Assembly: GCF_963921235.1 (NCBI RefSeq)
Contig: NC_086097.1
Location: 156,490,001 to 156,554,000 of the forward strand
Reading direction: 5' to 3'
Origin: Mobula hypostoma
Lineage: Eukaryota
DNA length: 64,000 nucleotides
The notes under the pieces were generated by a model. That model saw nothing but the letters and a program-made list of their open reading frames with translations, searched no databases and was not told the DNA's origin. A program made the translations under genes and the position numbers. Of this stretch, positions 25,478-38,544 are shown piece by piece. Position 1 is the stretch's first letter, and each line of letters opens with the position of its first letter.

Positions 25478-27359
25478 GTGGATACTGCCTTTTTGTGGTA
25501 TCGCTCCTTGAAGATGTTCTAAATGCTGGGGAGGCTACTGGCCATGATAAAGCTGACTGAGTTTACAACTTTCTGCAGCTAATTTCAACCCTGTGCATTG
25601 TACCCCCCCCCGCCCCATACCAGACAGTGATGCAGCCAGTTATAATGCTCTCCATGGTACATATGTATGAGGGTCTTTGGTAACATACCAAATTTCCTCA
25701 ATCTCCAAATGAAATATAGCTGTTGTCATGCCTTCTTTGTAACTGCATTGATATGTGTGGCCCAAGACAGATTCTCGGAGATGCTGACACCCAGGAAGTG
25801 ACATTGTTCACCCTTTCCACTTCTGATCCCTCGACGAGGTCTGCTGTCTGTTCCCTTGTCTTACCTTTTCTGAAATCCACACGCAAACCTTTGGCCTTAC
25901 TGATGTTGAGTGCGAGGTTGTTGCTGCAACGCCACTGAACGAGCTGAGCTGCCCTGTATGTCTTCTTGTCACCATCTGAAATTCAGCCAGCAATAGTTGT
26001 GTCATCAGCAAATTTATAGATGGCATTTGAGCTTTGTCTAGCCCCATAGTCACAGGCGTAGAGAGAGGAGAGCAGTCGGCTAAGCCCACATTCTTGAGGT
26101 GCACTAGTGCTGATTGCCAACAAGCTAGAGATGCACATACTGTACTCTTCTGGTGAGGAAGTTGAGGATCCAATCGCAGCGGGAAGTACAGAGGCCCAGG
26201 TTTTGGAGCGTTTTGATCAGAACTGTAGGAATGATTGTGTTAAACACTGAGCTGTAGACAAACAATATCAGCCTGATGTAAAAATTAGTATTGTACAGGT
26301 GGTCCAAAGCCACATGAAGGAACAACGAGATCGCATCCACTGTAAACCTATTGTGACAAAAGGCAAATTGTAGTGGGTCCAGGTCCTTGCTTAGACAGGA
26401 GTTGATTCTAGCCATAACTAACCTCTCAAAGCATTTCACCCCCATGGATTTGGATCCCCGTGCTACTGGATAATAATTGTTGAGACAGCTCTTATTAGAC
26501 ACTAGTTGTTGCCTTTCTGAAGCAGATGGGAGCATTAGACTGTAGCAATGAGAGATTGAAAACGTCTTTGAACACACCTACCAGTTGGTTGGCATAGGTT
26601 TTTAGAGCCCTACTACCCTCTTGAAAGACGTTTTCCTGTTGGCCTCTGAGACAGAGATTAGAGCGTCACTGGATGCTGCGGGTACCCTCATAGCAGTAGT
26701 TTTATTCCTTCTTTCAAAGCAAGCATAAAAGGCATTGAGGTTGTCTGGTAGTGAGGCATCACAGCCGTTCATGATGTTGGGTTTTGCTTTGTAGGAAGTA
26801 ATGATCTGCACTCCCTGCCAGAGCTGATGTGCATCTGATTTTGCCTCTAACCTCAATCATAATTGTTCTTTTGTTCTGGAGGTAGCCCTCCGTAGACCGT
26901 ACTCAGCTATCTTATATAATCGCTGATCACTAGACTTGAATGCCACAGATCCAGCTCTCCGCGGGCTACAAATCTCCCAGTTCATCCATGGCTTTTGATC
27001 TGGGTATGTATGGTATGTTCTCATGGGTACACACTTATCCACAAAGGTTTCAATGGTCAGTGACAACCATGGCATATTCATTCAGACTTGAAGATGAATC
27101 CCTGAATACTGTTCATCCCACTGATTAAAAGCATTCCTGTAAGTGCTCCTGTGCCTGCCTTGTCCATATCTTCTTGACCCTCTCCACTGATGCTGCAGTC
27201 TACAGTCTCTGCCGCCACTGAGGAGCAGAAGTACAGCCAGGTGATCAGACTTTTCAAAGTGTGGGCATGGGGTGGCATGGTAGGCACTGCTGATGGTATT
27301 ATAACAGTGGTCCAGGTGTTGGATCCTGTAGTTCCGCAAGTTATATGTTGGTGAAGAGG

Positions 27360-29335
27360 GAGTCGTATGAAATGTATAGGAAACAGGGGGTAAATCAGGT
27401 GCTTGAGGAGTATAAGAAGTGCAAGAAAATACTTAAGAAAGAAATCAGGAGGGCAAAAAGAAGACATGAGGTTGCCTTGGCAGTCAAAGTGAAGGATAAT
27501 CCAAAGAGCTTTTACAGTATATTAAGACCAAAAGGATGTAAGGGATAAAATTGGTCCTCTTGAAGATCAGAGTGGTCAGCTTTGTGCGGAACCAAAGGAA
27601 ATAGGGGAGATCTTAAATAGGTTTTTTGCATCTGTATTTACTAAGGAAGCTGGCTTTGAAATCTATAGAATTGAGGGAATCAAGTAGTGAGACCATGGCA
27701 ACTGTACAGATTGAAAAGGAGGAGGTGCTTGCTGTCTTGAGGAAAATTAAAGTGGATAAATCCCAGGGACCTGACAGGGTGTTCCCTCGGACCCTGAAGG
27801 AGACTAGTGTTGAAATTGCGGGGGCCCTGGCAGAAATATTTAAAATATCGCTGTCTACGGGTGAAGTGCCGGAGGATTGGAGAGTGGCTCATGTTGTTCC
27901 GTTGTTTAAAAAAGGATCGAAAAGTAATCCGGGAAATTATAGGCCAGTGAGTTTAACGTCAGTAGTAGCTAAGTAATTGGAGGGAGTACTAAGAGACAGG
28001 ATCTACAAGCATTTGGATAGACAGGGGCTTATTAGGGAGAGTCAACATGGCTTTGTGCGTGGTAGGTCATGTTTGACCAATCTGTTGGAGTTTTTCGAGG
28101 AGGTTACCAGGAAAGTGGATGAAGGGAAGGCAGTGGATATTGTCTACATGGACTTCAGTAAGGCCTTTGACAAGGTCCCGCATGGGAGGTTAGTTAGGAA
28201 AATTCAGTCGCTAGGTATACATGGAGAGGTGGTAAATTGGATTAGACATTGGCTCGATGGAAGAAGCCAGAGAGTGGTGGTAGAAAATTGCTTCTCTGAG
28301 TGGAGGCCTGTGACTAGTGGTGTGCCACAGGGATCAGTGCTGGGTCCATTGTTATTTGTCATCTATATCAATGATCTGGATGATAATGTGGTAAATTGGA
28401 TCAGCAACTTTGCTGATGATACAAATATTGGAGGTGTAGTAGACAGTGAGGAATGTTTTCAGAGCCTGCAGAGGGACTTAGACCAGCTGGAAAAATGGGC
28501 TGAAAAATGGCAGATGGAGTTTAATACTGACAAGTGTGAGGTATTGCACGTTGGAAGGATAAACCAACGTAGAACATACAGGGTTAATGGTAAGGCACTG
28601 AGGAGTGCAGTGGAACAGAGGGATCTGGGAATACAGATACAAAATTCCCTAAAAGTGTCGTCACAGGTAGATAGGGTCGCAAAGAGAGCTTTTGGTACAT
28701 TGGCCTTTATTAATCAAAGTATTGAGTATAAGAGCTGGAATGTTATGATGAGGTTGTATAAGGCATTGGTGAGGCCGAATCTGGAGTATTGTGTTCAGTT
28801 TTGGTCACCAAATTACAGGAAGGATATAAATAAGGTTGAAAGAGTGCAGAGAAGGTTTACAAGGATGTTGCCAGGACTTGAGAAACTCAGTTACAGAGAA
28901 AGGTTGAATAGGTTAGGAATTTATTCCCTGGAGCGTAGAAGAATGAGGGGAGATTTGATAGAGGTATATAAAATTATGATGGGTATAGATAGAGTGAATG
29001 CAAGCAGGCTTTTTCCACTGAGGCAAGGGGAGAAAAAAACCAGAGGACATGAGTTAAGGGTGAGGGGGGAAATGTTTAAAGGGAACATTAGGGGGGGCTT
29101 CTTCACACAGAGAGTGGTGGGAGTATGGAATGAGCTGCCAGACGAGGTGGTAAATGCGGGTTCTTTTGTAACATTTAAGAATAAATTGGACAGATACATG
29201 GATGGGAGGTGTATGGAGGGATATGGTCCGTGTGCAGGTCAGTGGAACTAGGCAGAAAATGGTTCGGCACAGCCAAGAAGGGCCAAAGGGCCTGTTTCTG
29301 TGTTGTAGTTTCTATGGTTCTATAGTTCTATGGAT
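27360..29335 (+). mobile_element. Young CR1 LINE, 5'-truncated, with open RT frame 27977-29251
   Basis: 424-aa ORF with [21 protein letters not shown] and NFADD. Tail TTTCTATGGTTCTATAGTTCTATG. Confidence 0.96.
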
Positions 29336-29894
29336 AGTTATTTAGAGATTTTTTTCAAGCTGGCCTGTTTAAAATCCCCCAAAATGATAGGGAGGGCATC
29401 AGGATTCACTGTTCCATGCCCATTTATTGTGTTGATTAGTTCATCTAGAGCCTGTTTGACACGGATCTGAGGTGGGATGCACATGGCTACCAAGATGATG
29501 TCTGACAACTCCTACAGCAGATAAAATGGATGACACTTGAGTGCGAGATGTTTCAGATCTACTGAGCCGGACTGAGATAGAACTGCCACATTTGAACAAC
29601 AGAAGGAGTTAATCATAAAGTGTTTTCTACCTCCTTTGCCTTTGAAACACTCGGGAGTTCTATCGGCAATGAATTGTGAAGCAATCGAGCTGTATCACTG
29701 GACCAGAATGATGAGGGATATCTAAGTCTCTGTAAAACAAAAATCACATCAGTCCCTGGTGCAAACTCTGGTACAGCAATCTTGCTTTGAAGTCTTCGAT
29801 TTTATTTTCCAGGGTCTATACCTTTGCCAGCAGAATAATCTTGCAGATAACTGCTTAATCATTTACAGCATCCTGCCCCTTCATCCTTTCTGGT

Positions 29895-30325
29895 ATTATC
29901 CTGTAGAAGACCTTTCCTGGGACTGACAAGCATTATCTTGCAAAAGACTTTTCCTGGGACTGCAAGAGTAGTTGCCTCTGTAGTTGGAGCAGCTGCTGTG
30001 GTCTCCCTTCTTTGGAATCTTGACGAGGTAGCACTCTTTCCACTCCATTGGAATTTGCGCTTTTGTCCAGATCTTCTGAATGAGAGGGTGCAGCACCTCT
30101 ACTGTAGTGTCCAGGTAAGCTTTGAGAGCTTTTCCAGCAATGTCAATTGGATGAGCTGCTTTAGCATCTTTTAGCAGCTTTATTACTTTCCTGATCTCCT
30201 TCTGGAAGGCTTGTTGCAGTTCATTGGCTGGAGGGATGTCAGGTAGGTTTAGAAGTGCAAACGTTTTCAGCAGAACTTCAAAGTGTTTAGTCCACCTGTT
30301 CAGCTGCTGCTCTGTTACTACTATG
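29895..30325 (-). mobile_element. RTE-clade LINE internal fragment
   Basis: RWTKHFEVLL and IPMEWKECYLVKIPKKGDHSSCSNYRG motifs. Confidence 0.78.
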
Positions 30326-30444
30326 AGAAAGACACTACATAAATTCAAGATTTTTTTAAAAAATGTATATGTGTTTCATTTGATTGTTGCTAAAGACAGA
30401 TAAGGCCATAGACCATAAGATAAATGTAATATTGCTGAGAGTTT

Positions 30445-30483
<39 letters not shown>

Positions 30484-30755
30484 GCGCTATATCATGGAGT
30501 AGTCCCTTCCAGACACACCACCCCAGTAACCCCATAACCCTGATTAAACCTAACCTAATCACGGGACCACTTACAATAACCAATTAATCTATCCTGATTC
30601 ATCTTTAGACTGTAGGAGGAAACTGGGGCACCCAGGGAAAACCCAAACATTCCACAGTGAAGATGTAAAGAGACTTCTTACAGAACAGTGCCAGAACTGA
30701 AATCCAAAAGCCCCAAGCTGTAATAGTCTCACACTAACTGTGGTGCCCAGAGTTT
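30445..30755 (-). mobile_element. SINE with (TTTA)n/(TAAA)n tail; second copy at about 57150-57465
   Basis: The two loci share CCTAATCAC.GGA..A.TTACAAT.ACCAATTAA, GGAGGAAAC and GCTGTAATAG blocks. Confidence 0.65.
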
Positions 30756-31155
30756 TCTTCTTTTTCTGCAAAAATTGTCACCTATTTCTTGAAAGGTCAT
30801 TTGGTGGAGCTCATCAAACAATAATGCCTACTTTCATTTCTCAAAGCCTTGTAAAAGAATAAAAACTAATCCCCATACACATGCATAATGACAAATGTAG
30901 CATTGCACAACACTTTCTAAAAATTCACGAATTAAAAATTAATGCAAAAGCCTTCAGGTTAGATGTCCATATCTTGATGTATGGAATCAATAACGAATGT
31001 TTGGCTTTTCCAGCCCAGTAATGGAAACTGCACCATTAAAAAAAACCACAAATCTCTTAAACAAGTACTTTTCACCTTGCTTATCATAACAATGGCTGAT
31101 TTATTATTGTTGAAACTCAATATCTTGCCCTGAAGGTGATGGTATAATCAAATTT

Positions 31156-32236
31156 TGCAATTGATAGATAGACCCATTTTTGCACCTTCTTCAACAACTA
31201 TATCAATTAAATTTTGTAGTTCTTCCTCCGTACTTGCAACTAACACAGTGTTATCCGCATATCTAAAATTATTGATGTTTTCACTGCCAACTTTGATTCC
31301 CAAAATATCTCTTATTTTTTTGTAATATTGTTTCACTGCACACATTAAACAAATCAGGGGAGAAAACACACCCTTGTCTAACGCCTCTTTTGATTTTTGT
31401 AAACTGACTCACTTCTCTATCTATTCTTACAGCGTCAGTTTGTTCCTTGTACAGATTTCTGATTAGGCGGAGGTCCTTCGAATCTCGATCTAGAGTTCCC
31501 TGTAATATTTTGAATAACTTACTGTGCTTCACTTTATCAAATGCTTTTGTGTAGTCACCGTGTATACATCTATAAAACAAACAAAAAAGGATATCCAGAA
31601 AGAAGGAGAATCCTATCTGTAGGCTGAGAATAAATGGGGAAGACATAAAACAATTCCAGAACTTTTGCCACTTAGGAAGCTGGGTGAGATCAGATGGCAG
31701 GTGCGACATGGACATCAAAAGCAGAATAGAGATGGTAAAAGGCACCTTTACGAGAATGAAGAGTATACTGACTAACACTAAACTAGGCATGATAACCCAC
31801 CTCAGAGCACTGAAATGTTATGTTTATCTAGTTATGTTATATGGCTCAGAATGTTGGACAACATGAGAAAATGAATTGAAGCAGCACAGATGTGGTTTTT
31901 GAGGAGGATGCAAAGAATATCATGGACAAAACGAATATCTAATGAGGATGTCATGAACAGAGCAAACACAAAAAGAGAAATAATGTATGAGATCATGAAA
32001 AGGCAATGTGGCTTCATTGGAGATGTGATTAGGAAAGAGGAGTTAGAATGCACAGAAATTATGGGAAAGGTTGAAGGGAAGAAAGCAAGAGGAAGACAAA
32101 GACAAATGATGATGGAGACAGCAGCCAGAGAACTGGAAATGAATACCAATGAATTGATCCACTTGACCCGAAACAGGAGTGTGTGGGCCATGGCAGTCAA
32201 AGCTCAAACTGGGCATGGCACCTGATGATGATGATG
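31156..32236 (+). mobile_element. RTE-clade LINE insertion with 5' inversion
   Basis: 12-bp TSD ATAATCAAATTT (31144-31155 and 32237-32248) and (TGA)n tail. RT core on the - strand (31156-31580), C-terminus on the + strand (about 31585-32225). Confidence 0.92.
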
Positions 32237-32735
32237 ATAATCAAATTTAGTTTCTGCTGTCATAATTCTTGCTGACATGGCAATAGGAGTTGCTTATTAT
32301 GTGACTGATCATGGAGATTTAAAGGTATTTTCAAGTCATGCTTACATTTGTGAAACACTACTCAGGACAGATTATGAAATTAATCCCATTGAGGTGAAAA
32401 ACTGCATTTGGTGAATTTACATGGTACAGTTTGCATGGATGAGTGGATATTTAATGCAAGTACATTACAAAGTGACAGTACAATGGGATCGCAGAAAACT
32501 CATTGCATGGAAGGAGGTTAAAGAGAGAGCTTCTCTTGGCACTTTCCAGGAGCAATCCAATTATTCCAATGCTCTCCTCTCCCCAAAACATTCCTAGAGC
32601 TCTGCAGCATTCTTCCTTTAAAATACTTATTAAAGTACACTTTTTTGACATGTTGACTACTACCTCCACAACTCCCACTTACCCCTCCCCCGCTTCAACA
32701 ACTATCACCATTAAAGCAGACTAGGCTAGATATGA

Positions 32736-33358
32736 CGAGGGGTGATTGATAAGTTTGTGGCCTGAGGTAGAAGGAGTCAATTTTAGAAAACCTAGCACAT
32801 TTATTTTTCAACATGGTCCCCTTCTACATGTAGACACTTAGTCCAACAGTCGCGGAGCATAAGGATGCCCTCTTTGTAGCAGTAGTCCACAGCACGGGTG
32901 ATTGATAAGTTTGTGGCCTGAGGTAGAAGGAGATGAGTTATTAACTTCCAACTTTCTGCATTATCACTCAAAGAGTTGAGCTGCACGTGTATGTAACAAG
33001 AGCATCTTGGATCTTCAGGTGGTCCACAGCAGGGGTGATTGATAGGTTTGTTGCCTAATCTAGATGGAGATGAGTTATATAGCTCTTGTTACACGCACGT
33101 GCAGTTCAACTCTTTGAGTGAAAATGCAGGAAGTTTGAAATTAATAACTCATCTCCTTCTACCTTAGGCCACAAACTTATCAATCACCTCTGTTGTGGAC
33201 CACTTTCTGGAGAATCAAGACGCCGACTTCTGCAAAGGAGGGATCTATGTGCTCCATGATGCTGGACTAAGTGTATAAATGTAGGAAAAATAAATGTGCT
33301 ATGTTTTCTAAAATTGACTCTTTCTACCTTAGGCCACAGACTTATCAATCACCCCTCG
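32736..33358. mobile_element. Mariner-derived palindromic MITE
   Basis: Long TIRs starting CGAGGGGTGATTGATAAGT.TGTGGCCT.AGGTAGAA, with TA on the right flank. The transposase C-terminus (YKEGI.ML..WTKC...GD.VEK*) is in both arms. Confidence 0.9.
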
Positions 33359-33569
33359 TAATCCTGCTGTATAAAATATTTTTTCTTCATTTTATCTTCG
33401 GAACTTTTATCTAAGACATTTATACAATATCCTCTAATTTTTAATCCTAACTCCAATAGGAATAGCTTTTCTCTCTGCTCTGGAGAAGGAATAAACATGG
33501 GGGAATCATCACAAGCCCCAACAGAGAGGTTGAGTGGTTGGTGATGAAACATGTCAACTCCTGCTGAGA

Positions 33570-34905
33570 AGGGACTTAGATATGCTCCAATTTGTTTTTG
33601 GATCAATAGGTCTACTGCAAGTGCCATCTTATTTGCTCTTCAGTCAACCCTGGAACATCTGGACATCAGGAAGCACTTTATCAACTGCAGCTCAGCATTC
33701 AATACCATCATCCCCTCAAAACTTATAACTAAGCTCCAAAAACTTGGCCTCAACATCTCTTTGTGTAATTGGATCCTTGATTTCCTCATTTGCAAACCAC
33801 AGTTATTTCAGATAGGCAATAACATTTCCTTCTCAATCTCCATCAGCACAGGTGCACTACGAGGCACCTGCTCTACTTGCTTTACACTTATAACTGTGTG
33901 GCTAATCACAGCTCAATTGCCATTTTCAAGTTTGCTGATGAAAACACTATCACAGATGGTGACAAATCAGCAGATAGGAGGGAGATTGAAGATCTGGCTG
34001 AGTGGTGCCCAAGCAACAGCCTCTTATTCAATGTCAGCAAGACCAAGGAGCTGTTAATGACTTCAGGAGAAGGAAATCAGAGGTCTATCAGCCAGTCCTC
34101 ATCAGAGGATCGGAGATGGAGAAGGTCAGCAACTTTAAATTCTGTGGAGTTATTATTTCGGAGGACCTGTCCTGGGGTCAGCACATGCTTGCAATGATAA
34201 AGAAAGCACAGCGGTACCTCTACATCCTTAGGAGTTTGTGTGAGATTCTGTATGACATCTAAAACTTTGACAGACTTATATAGATATGCAGTGGAGAGTA
34301 TAATGACCGGCGGCATCACAGTCTGGAATGGAAACACCAGTGCCTTTAAGCGAAAAATCCTAAAAAAATGTAGTAGATACAGCTCAGTCCATCAGAGTCC
34401 ATTGAGCACATGTACATGAAACACTGTTGCAGGAAAGCAGCATCCATCATCAGGAACCCCCACCAGCCAGGACATGTTTTCTTCTCACTGCTGCCATCAG
34501 GAAGAAGGTGCAGGAGCCTCAGGACTCACACCACTTGGTTCAGGAAGTTATTACCCCTCAACCATCAGGCTCCTGAACCAAAGAGGACATCTTCACCCAA
34601 TTTCACTTGCCCCATCATGGAAATCATTGAAATATTCTCACAACCAATGGACTCATTTTCAAAAACTTTTCACCTCATGTTCTCAATGTCTATTGCTTAA
34701 ATATCTAATATTATAATTTTGTATTTGTAGTTTGTGGTCTTCTGCACTTTGGTTGAATGCTCAAGTTTAGCAGTCTTTCATTGATTCTGTTATGGTTATT
34801 ATTCTCTAGATGTATTGAGTATGTCCACAATAAATGGATCTCAGGGTTGTATATGGTGAGATATATGCACTTCGATAATAAATTTACTTTGAACTTTTGA
34901 ACCTT
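33570..34905 (+). mobile_element. Degenerate Rex1/Babar LINE, 3' half
   Basis: SSAFNTIIPSKLITKL..LCNWILDFL, KFADE and SLLPSGRR motifs. Tail AATAAATTTACTTTGAACTTTTGAACC. Confidence 0.88.
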
Positions 34906-35148
34906 AAGACTGTTCATCAAAGCATTGGCTCACGGGCACAGCAATCCAAGTTACCTACCAACCTGCCTGCCCCATCAAGCAACTGCTGCCTTTGGTTTTC
35001 ACGTTGCCCTCCTCAATCACAGAATTTGTAGACACGGAGTGGAAACAGGACACGGTTTATCCTCAGGGCAGTGCCTGAGAAGGAGATGTCTATAATCTTT
35101 TCAACATCCTGTTTCATGGCGCTCACTCGCAGTTTCTCCAGTCTATGT

Positions 35149-35353
35149 CTTCTTCTTCTTCATGTGCCTTGCGCATTACATGCTTGGGCGATCATGGCTT
35201 TCCACATCGAATGATTCCTCGCAGCGTCAATGATATCTCGCACACTTAGATCTGTTAGTTCTTTCACAGTGTCCATATATTTTCTTCTTTGCCTTCCTCT
35301 TCCGTGTTTCCCAGGCATACGGCCTTGTAATGTAAGGCATTCTATTTCTCCCT
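35149..35353 (-). mobile_element. RTE-type 3' fragment with (GAA)n tail
   Basis: 12-bp TSD TCCAGTCTATGT (35137-35148 and 35354-35365). Encodes LQGRMPGKHGRGRQRRKYMD. Confidence 0.85.
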
Positions 35354-36524
35354 TCCAGTCTATGTACTGTAACTAAATTCAGTTTTCCCAGAAAAGCTTT
35401 TCGATAATTGTTCCTGCAGCCTCCTTTATGCCTTCCATTTTCCCTAAGAATCAGGGACTCCAGTTTTGTCCATTTATTTCAAAAAGCAGTTCTTGTATTC
35501 AACACTTTTAATAATAAACCCAGTGGTCCCACATGCTTTGTGCCCTAATTTCTAACTTATTCTACCACTTTCAACAATCCCTGGAATTCTATAGCCAGTC
35601 ACCTCTGTACTTTAGGCCTTGTAAAATTGCACTTCCTAGGTTATGTTACCTCTCTGCATTCTTTCTATTGAAGTGGATTCACTAAATCAACCTGCACACA
35701 GAAGAATCTAGCTGAAAATATTTTGATAGTAATTGGACTATTTTATACTCTCTTTTTGCCTGGTCTTTTCTTTAACAAAATCCCAGATCATCTGTTTCTA
35801 ACCTTAATAATATTTATTTCTTTCAATTGTTTAGGCTAATTTTTGCTCACTTAGATATTCATTCCTATTCTCTGGATGAATAAATTTATCAGTATTCTCC
35901 CTTTTCCCCACCATTATCTCTGCTATTGATGTGATGGATATTCACTTTACAGGCCTCGAAAAGGCTTACTGCCAACCTCAGCTTTTTTAAACACAGCAGG
36001 AGGAACCAGGGTTAAGAGGTTTGCTCTTTACTAAGTTTCTTCTTAGCACAGCACCAAAAATTCCCCAATGTTCAAGATCTTTGTTGTTCAATGGGTTAAA
36101 CTTCCAAAATGTATTCTTTGCTTTCTCTTTGGCTTCTAACCAATATAGTTTGTTTATCTTCTTGACTTAATCAAAAGAGAGAGTGGGATCCATGTTGGCC
36201 TACATAAACACTCTATGTGGCCTGATAATGTAGTTGAGAAACATCAGATGATGTCAACTAATTTAACAAATATATAAATGTTAGAGTGACAGAGAAGGGA
36301 GAGAATTCATTCTTTTACTTTGGTTTCTGAGATGGGTGAATGTTTTGTTTGCAACTCTGATTTTTTTAAGCTTGTGTTGAGAAATCCTTGATGAATTATA
36401 AATTGCTGTTAAGAATTATTCCTCACTTTAAAATAAGCTGTGTTTAATTTGCTTTGTTTCCTGGAAACATCTACTCCTTACCTTGAAATTGTGAATCTTA
36501 ATAACTAGACCCCTTCAAAATAGA

Positions 36525-37262
36525 CTAAAATGGTGGAGTACTTCTATTTCCATCTTTGATATCTCTTTTTTTCCTTTTCTTTTGAAGATTCTGACCTGGA
36601 ATTACTCTCTGACTTTGGTTCTTTGCGGGAATAAGACCTTCTCTCAGGGCCTCATGACCTGCTGCTTTTTGATATCCCAAGGACAGGGCCTGGAAGACTA
36701 GTGTGCCTTCAGGGTGTCGGATTTTCATGGCTCTGGTGATGTGCTGATTCAAGGCCAGCACCCCTGGCTGAGGTGGCGCGGGAGAACACAGAACATCAGG
36801 AGCAGAGGGTTCGCTGCCGTGGGCTATGTGTCTAGAGACCTGAACCCTGGGGGTGACACTCCGGGTGCAGAGCTTGGAAAAAACAAGTTGCTTGTCATGT
36901 CTCCCCTCCGGCTGTAAAACGGGAATGCCTCTTTTTCCTTTATTAGGGCGAAAGAGAGCCTGTGGTATATTGAATTACTGGATGAACGAGTAGTCTTTGA
37001 GGTACTGCAAGTCTGTGTGTTGATTCCTTGCTGCACACTTGACTGCTCGGTGGAAGGTACTGATGTTTTTTTTGCTGGTGTGGGGTCGTTGCCTTGCTGC
37101 TACATGTACATGGGAGCGGGGCAGCTGGGGGGAACTTCTGGGGTTCTGATGTTTAACTCTCATTCATTCTGTTTTCATGGATGCTTGCAAAGAAGAATTT
37201 CAGAATGTATACTGTATACATTTCTCTGACAATAAATGTACCTATTGAATCTGTTGAACCTA
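36525..37262 (+). mobile_element. Non-autonomous retroelement, copy 2 (family of 15055-15850)
   Basis: Collinear similarity with copy 1. Ends ACAATAAATGTACCTATTGAATCTGTTGAACC. Confidence 0.7.
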
Positions 37263-38544
37263 AACTAGTCCTTGGAGTGTAGGCTAATGTCATATAATCT
37301 TCCTAAAGTAAGGTTACTTATCATCAGGGGCATGAAGTCTTCACTTAAACTTTGTGCTCTTCACTGGGTACAATCAATAGCACTGAAGACACTGCTTCCA
37401 ACTCATTCATTCTAAATAACTGTGATTCTTAAGAAATGGTGTATCCTTGCACACCATGCTTTACATTTTCTTTTCAGGAATGTTGACAAACCAACACTAT
37501 GGAAATGGCAAAAAAGCAGAGACAAACTCAGGTGGTCAACTTTAGTATAAGTGTGAGAACCTCTAAGCCAATGAAACAAGTTCAAAGCAATTATGGTTAA
37601 CAATGCATAGTCCCGATAATTAATTAACTATAGCTCTTTCTTATGCTCTTCACCAATCTATTCCATAGAAGGAATTAAAACATTTTATTGAGTGGAAACC
37701 AGATTTTAATCATTGTTGGTTGTCTATTGATTTCAACAATGATGATAGGAATCTGTGCAGCAAAGATTTTTAAGTGGAAAAGTTGTTGCACAAGGAGAGT
37801 TCCACTCTCTTGACCTCAGAAGCCCTATTCTAGTGGTACAAGTGATCATCATGACTGGAGGTTTCCTTGGCTGCAGTGGACATCTTCGGTGCCTCACCAT
37901 GGCCTTTGGTCTCTGTGGAGCACTGCAGAAGCACCTTCCTGGCTGCTGATCTCATTTGCACAGTCCACTGAAACTGACTTTGCATGCCAGGATATCTCAC
38001 TGGCATTTCAGGCTAAATGGCTACCCTCACCTGGTTTAGCCTGCCTATTGAAGCAGAGTACCATGGTGTGGTTGCTGCCACATGCCATCTGCTACTTAGA
38101 GCCACAGTTGAGAGCTAAGTGTCAGGTGAGGACCAAAGGTGGATGAGCTCTCCTGCAGGGGACAGGACAAGCCCGTTCAGCAGAGGTTCTCCCCCTCCCT
38201 GGACACCCCATAGACCCCAATCTGATGATATGAATCATCAGGCATTTCACAATGTGTCCTTATTTCATCCCTGTGTTCCAATATTGTGTGAGTACATTTA
38301 GGATATCTGAAAGATGATCAGTCCTTACACACTTTTGCTATCTGTTGAACACATCTCAAAAACTAGCTCATTTCAGCATCTAAAAACTTGACTTAAAATA
38401 AATTAGCAAATTGGTAAATTGCATAAAATACAGGAACAGCTTCTTCCCCTCTGCCATCTGATTTTTGAATGGTCATTGTATCCATGAATACTACCTCACT
38501 ACTTTTTTATTTCAATTTTTTACAATACTTATTCAATTGACTTG

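Larger units (their letters stand above)
23208..29890 (-). mobile_element. Long degenerate Rex1/Babar LINE, host to two CR1s and one solo LTR
   Basis: Pieces with PHFEKSDHLAV, QKPWMN, KCFERLVMARI..LDPLQFA, CDWILNFLT and SLLPSGK. Continuous across the nested inserts. Confidence 0.82.
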
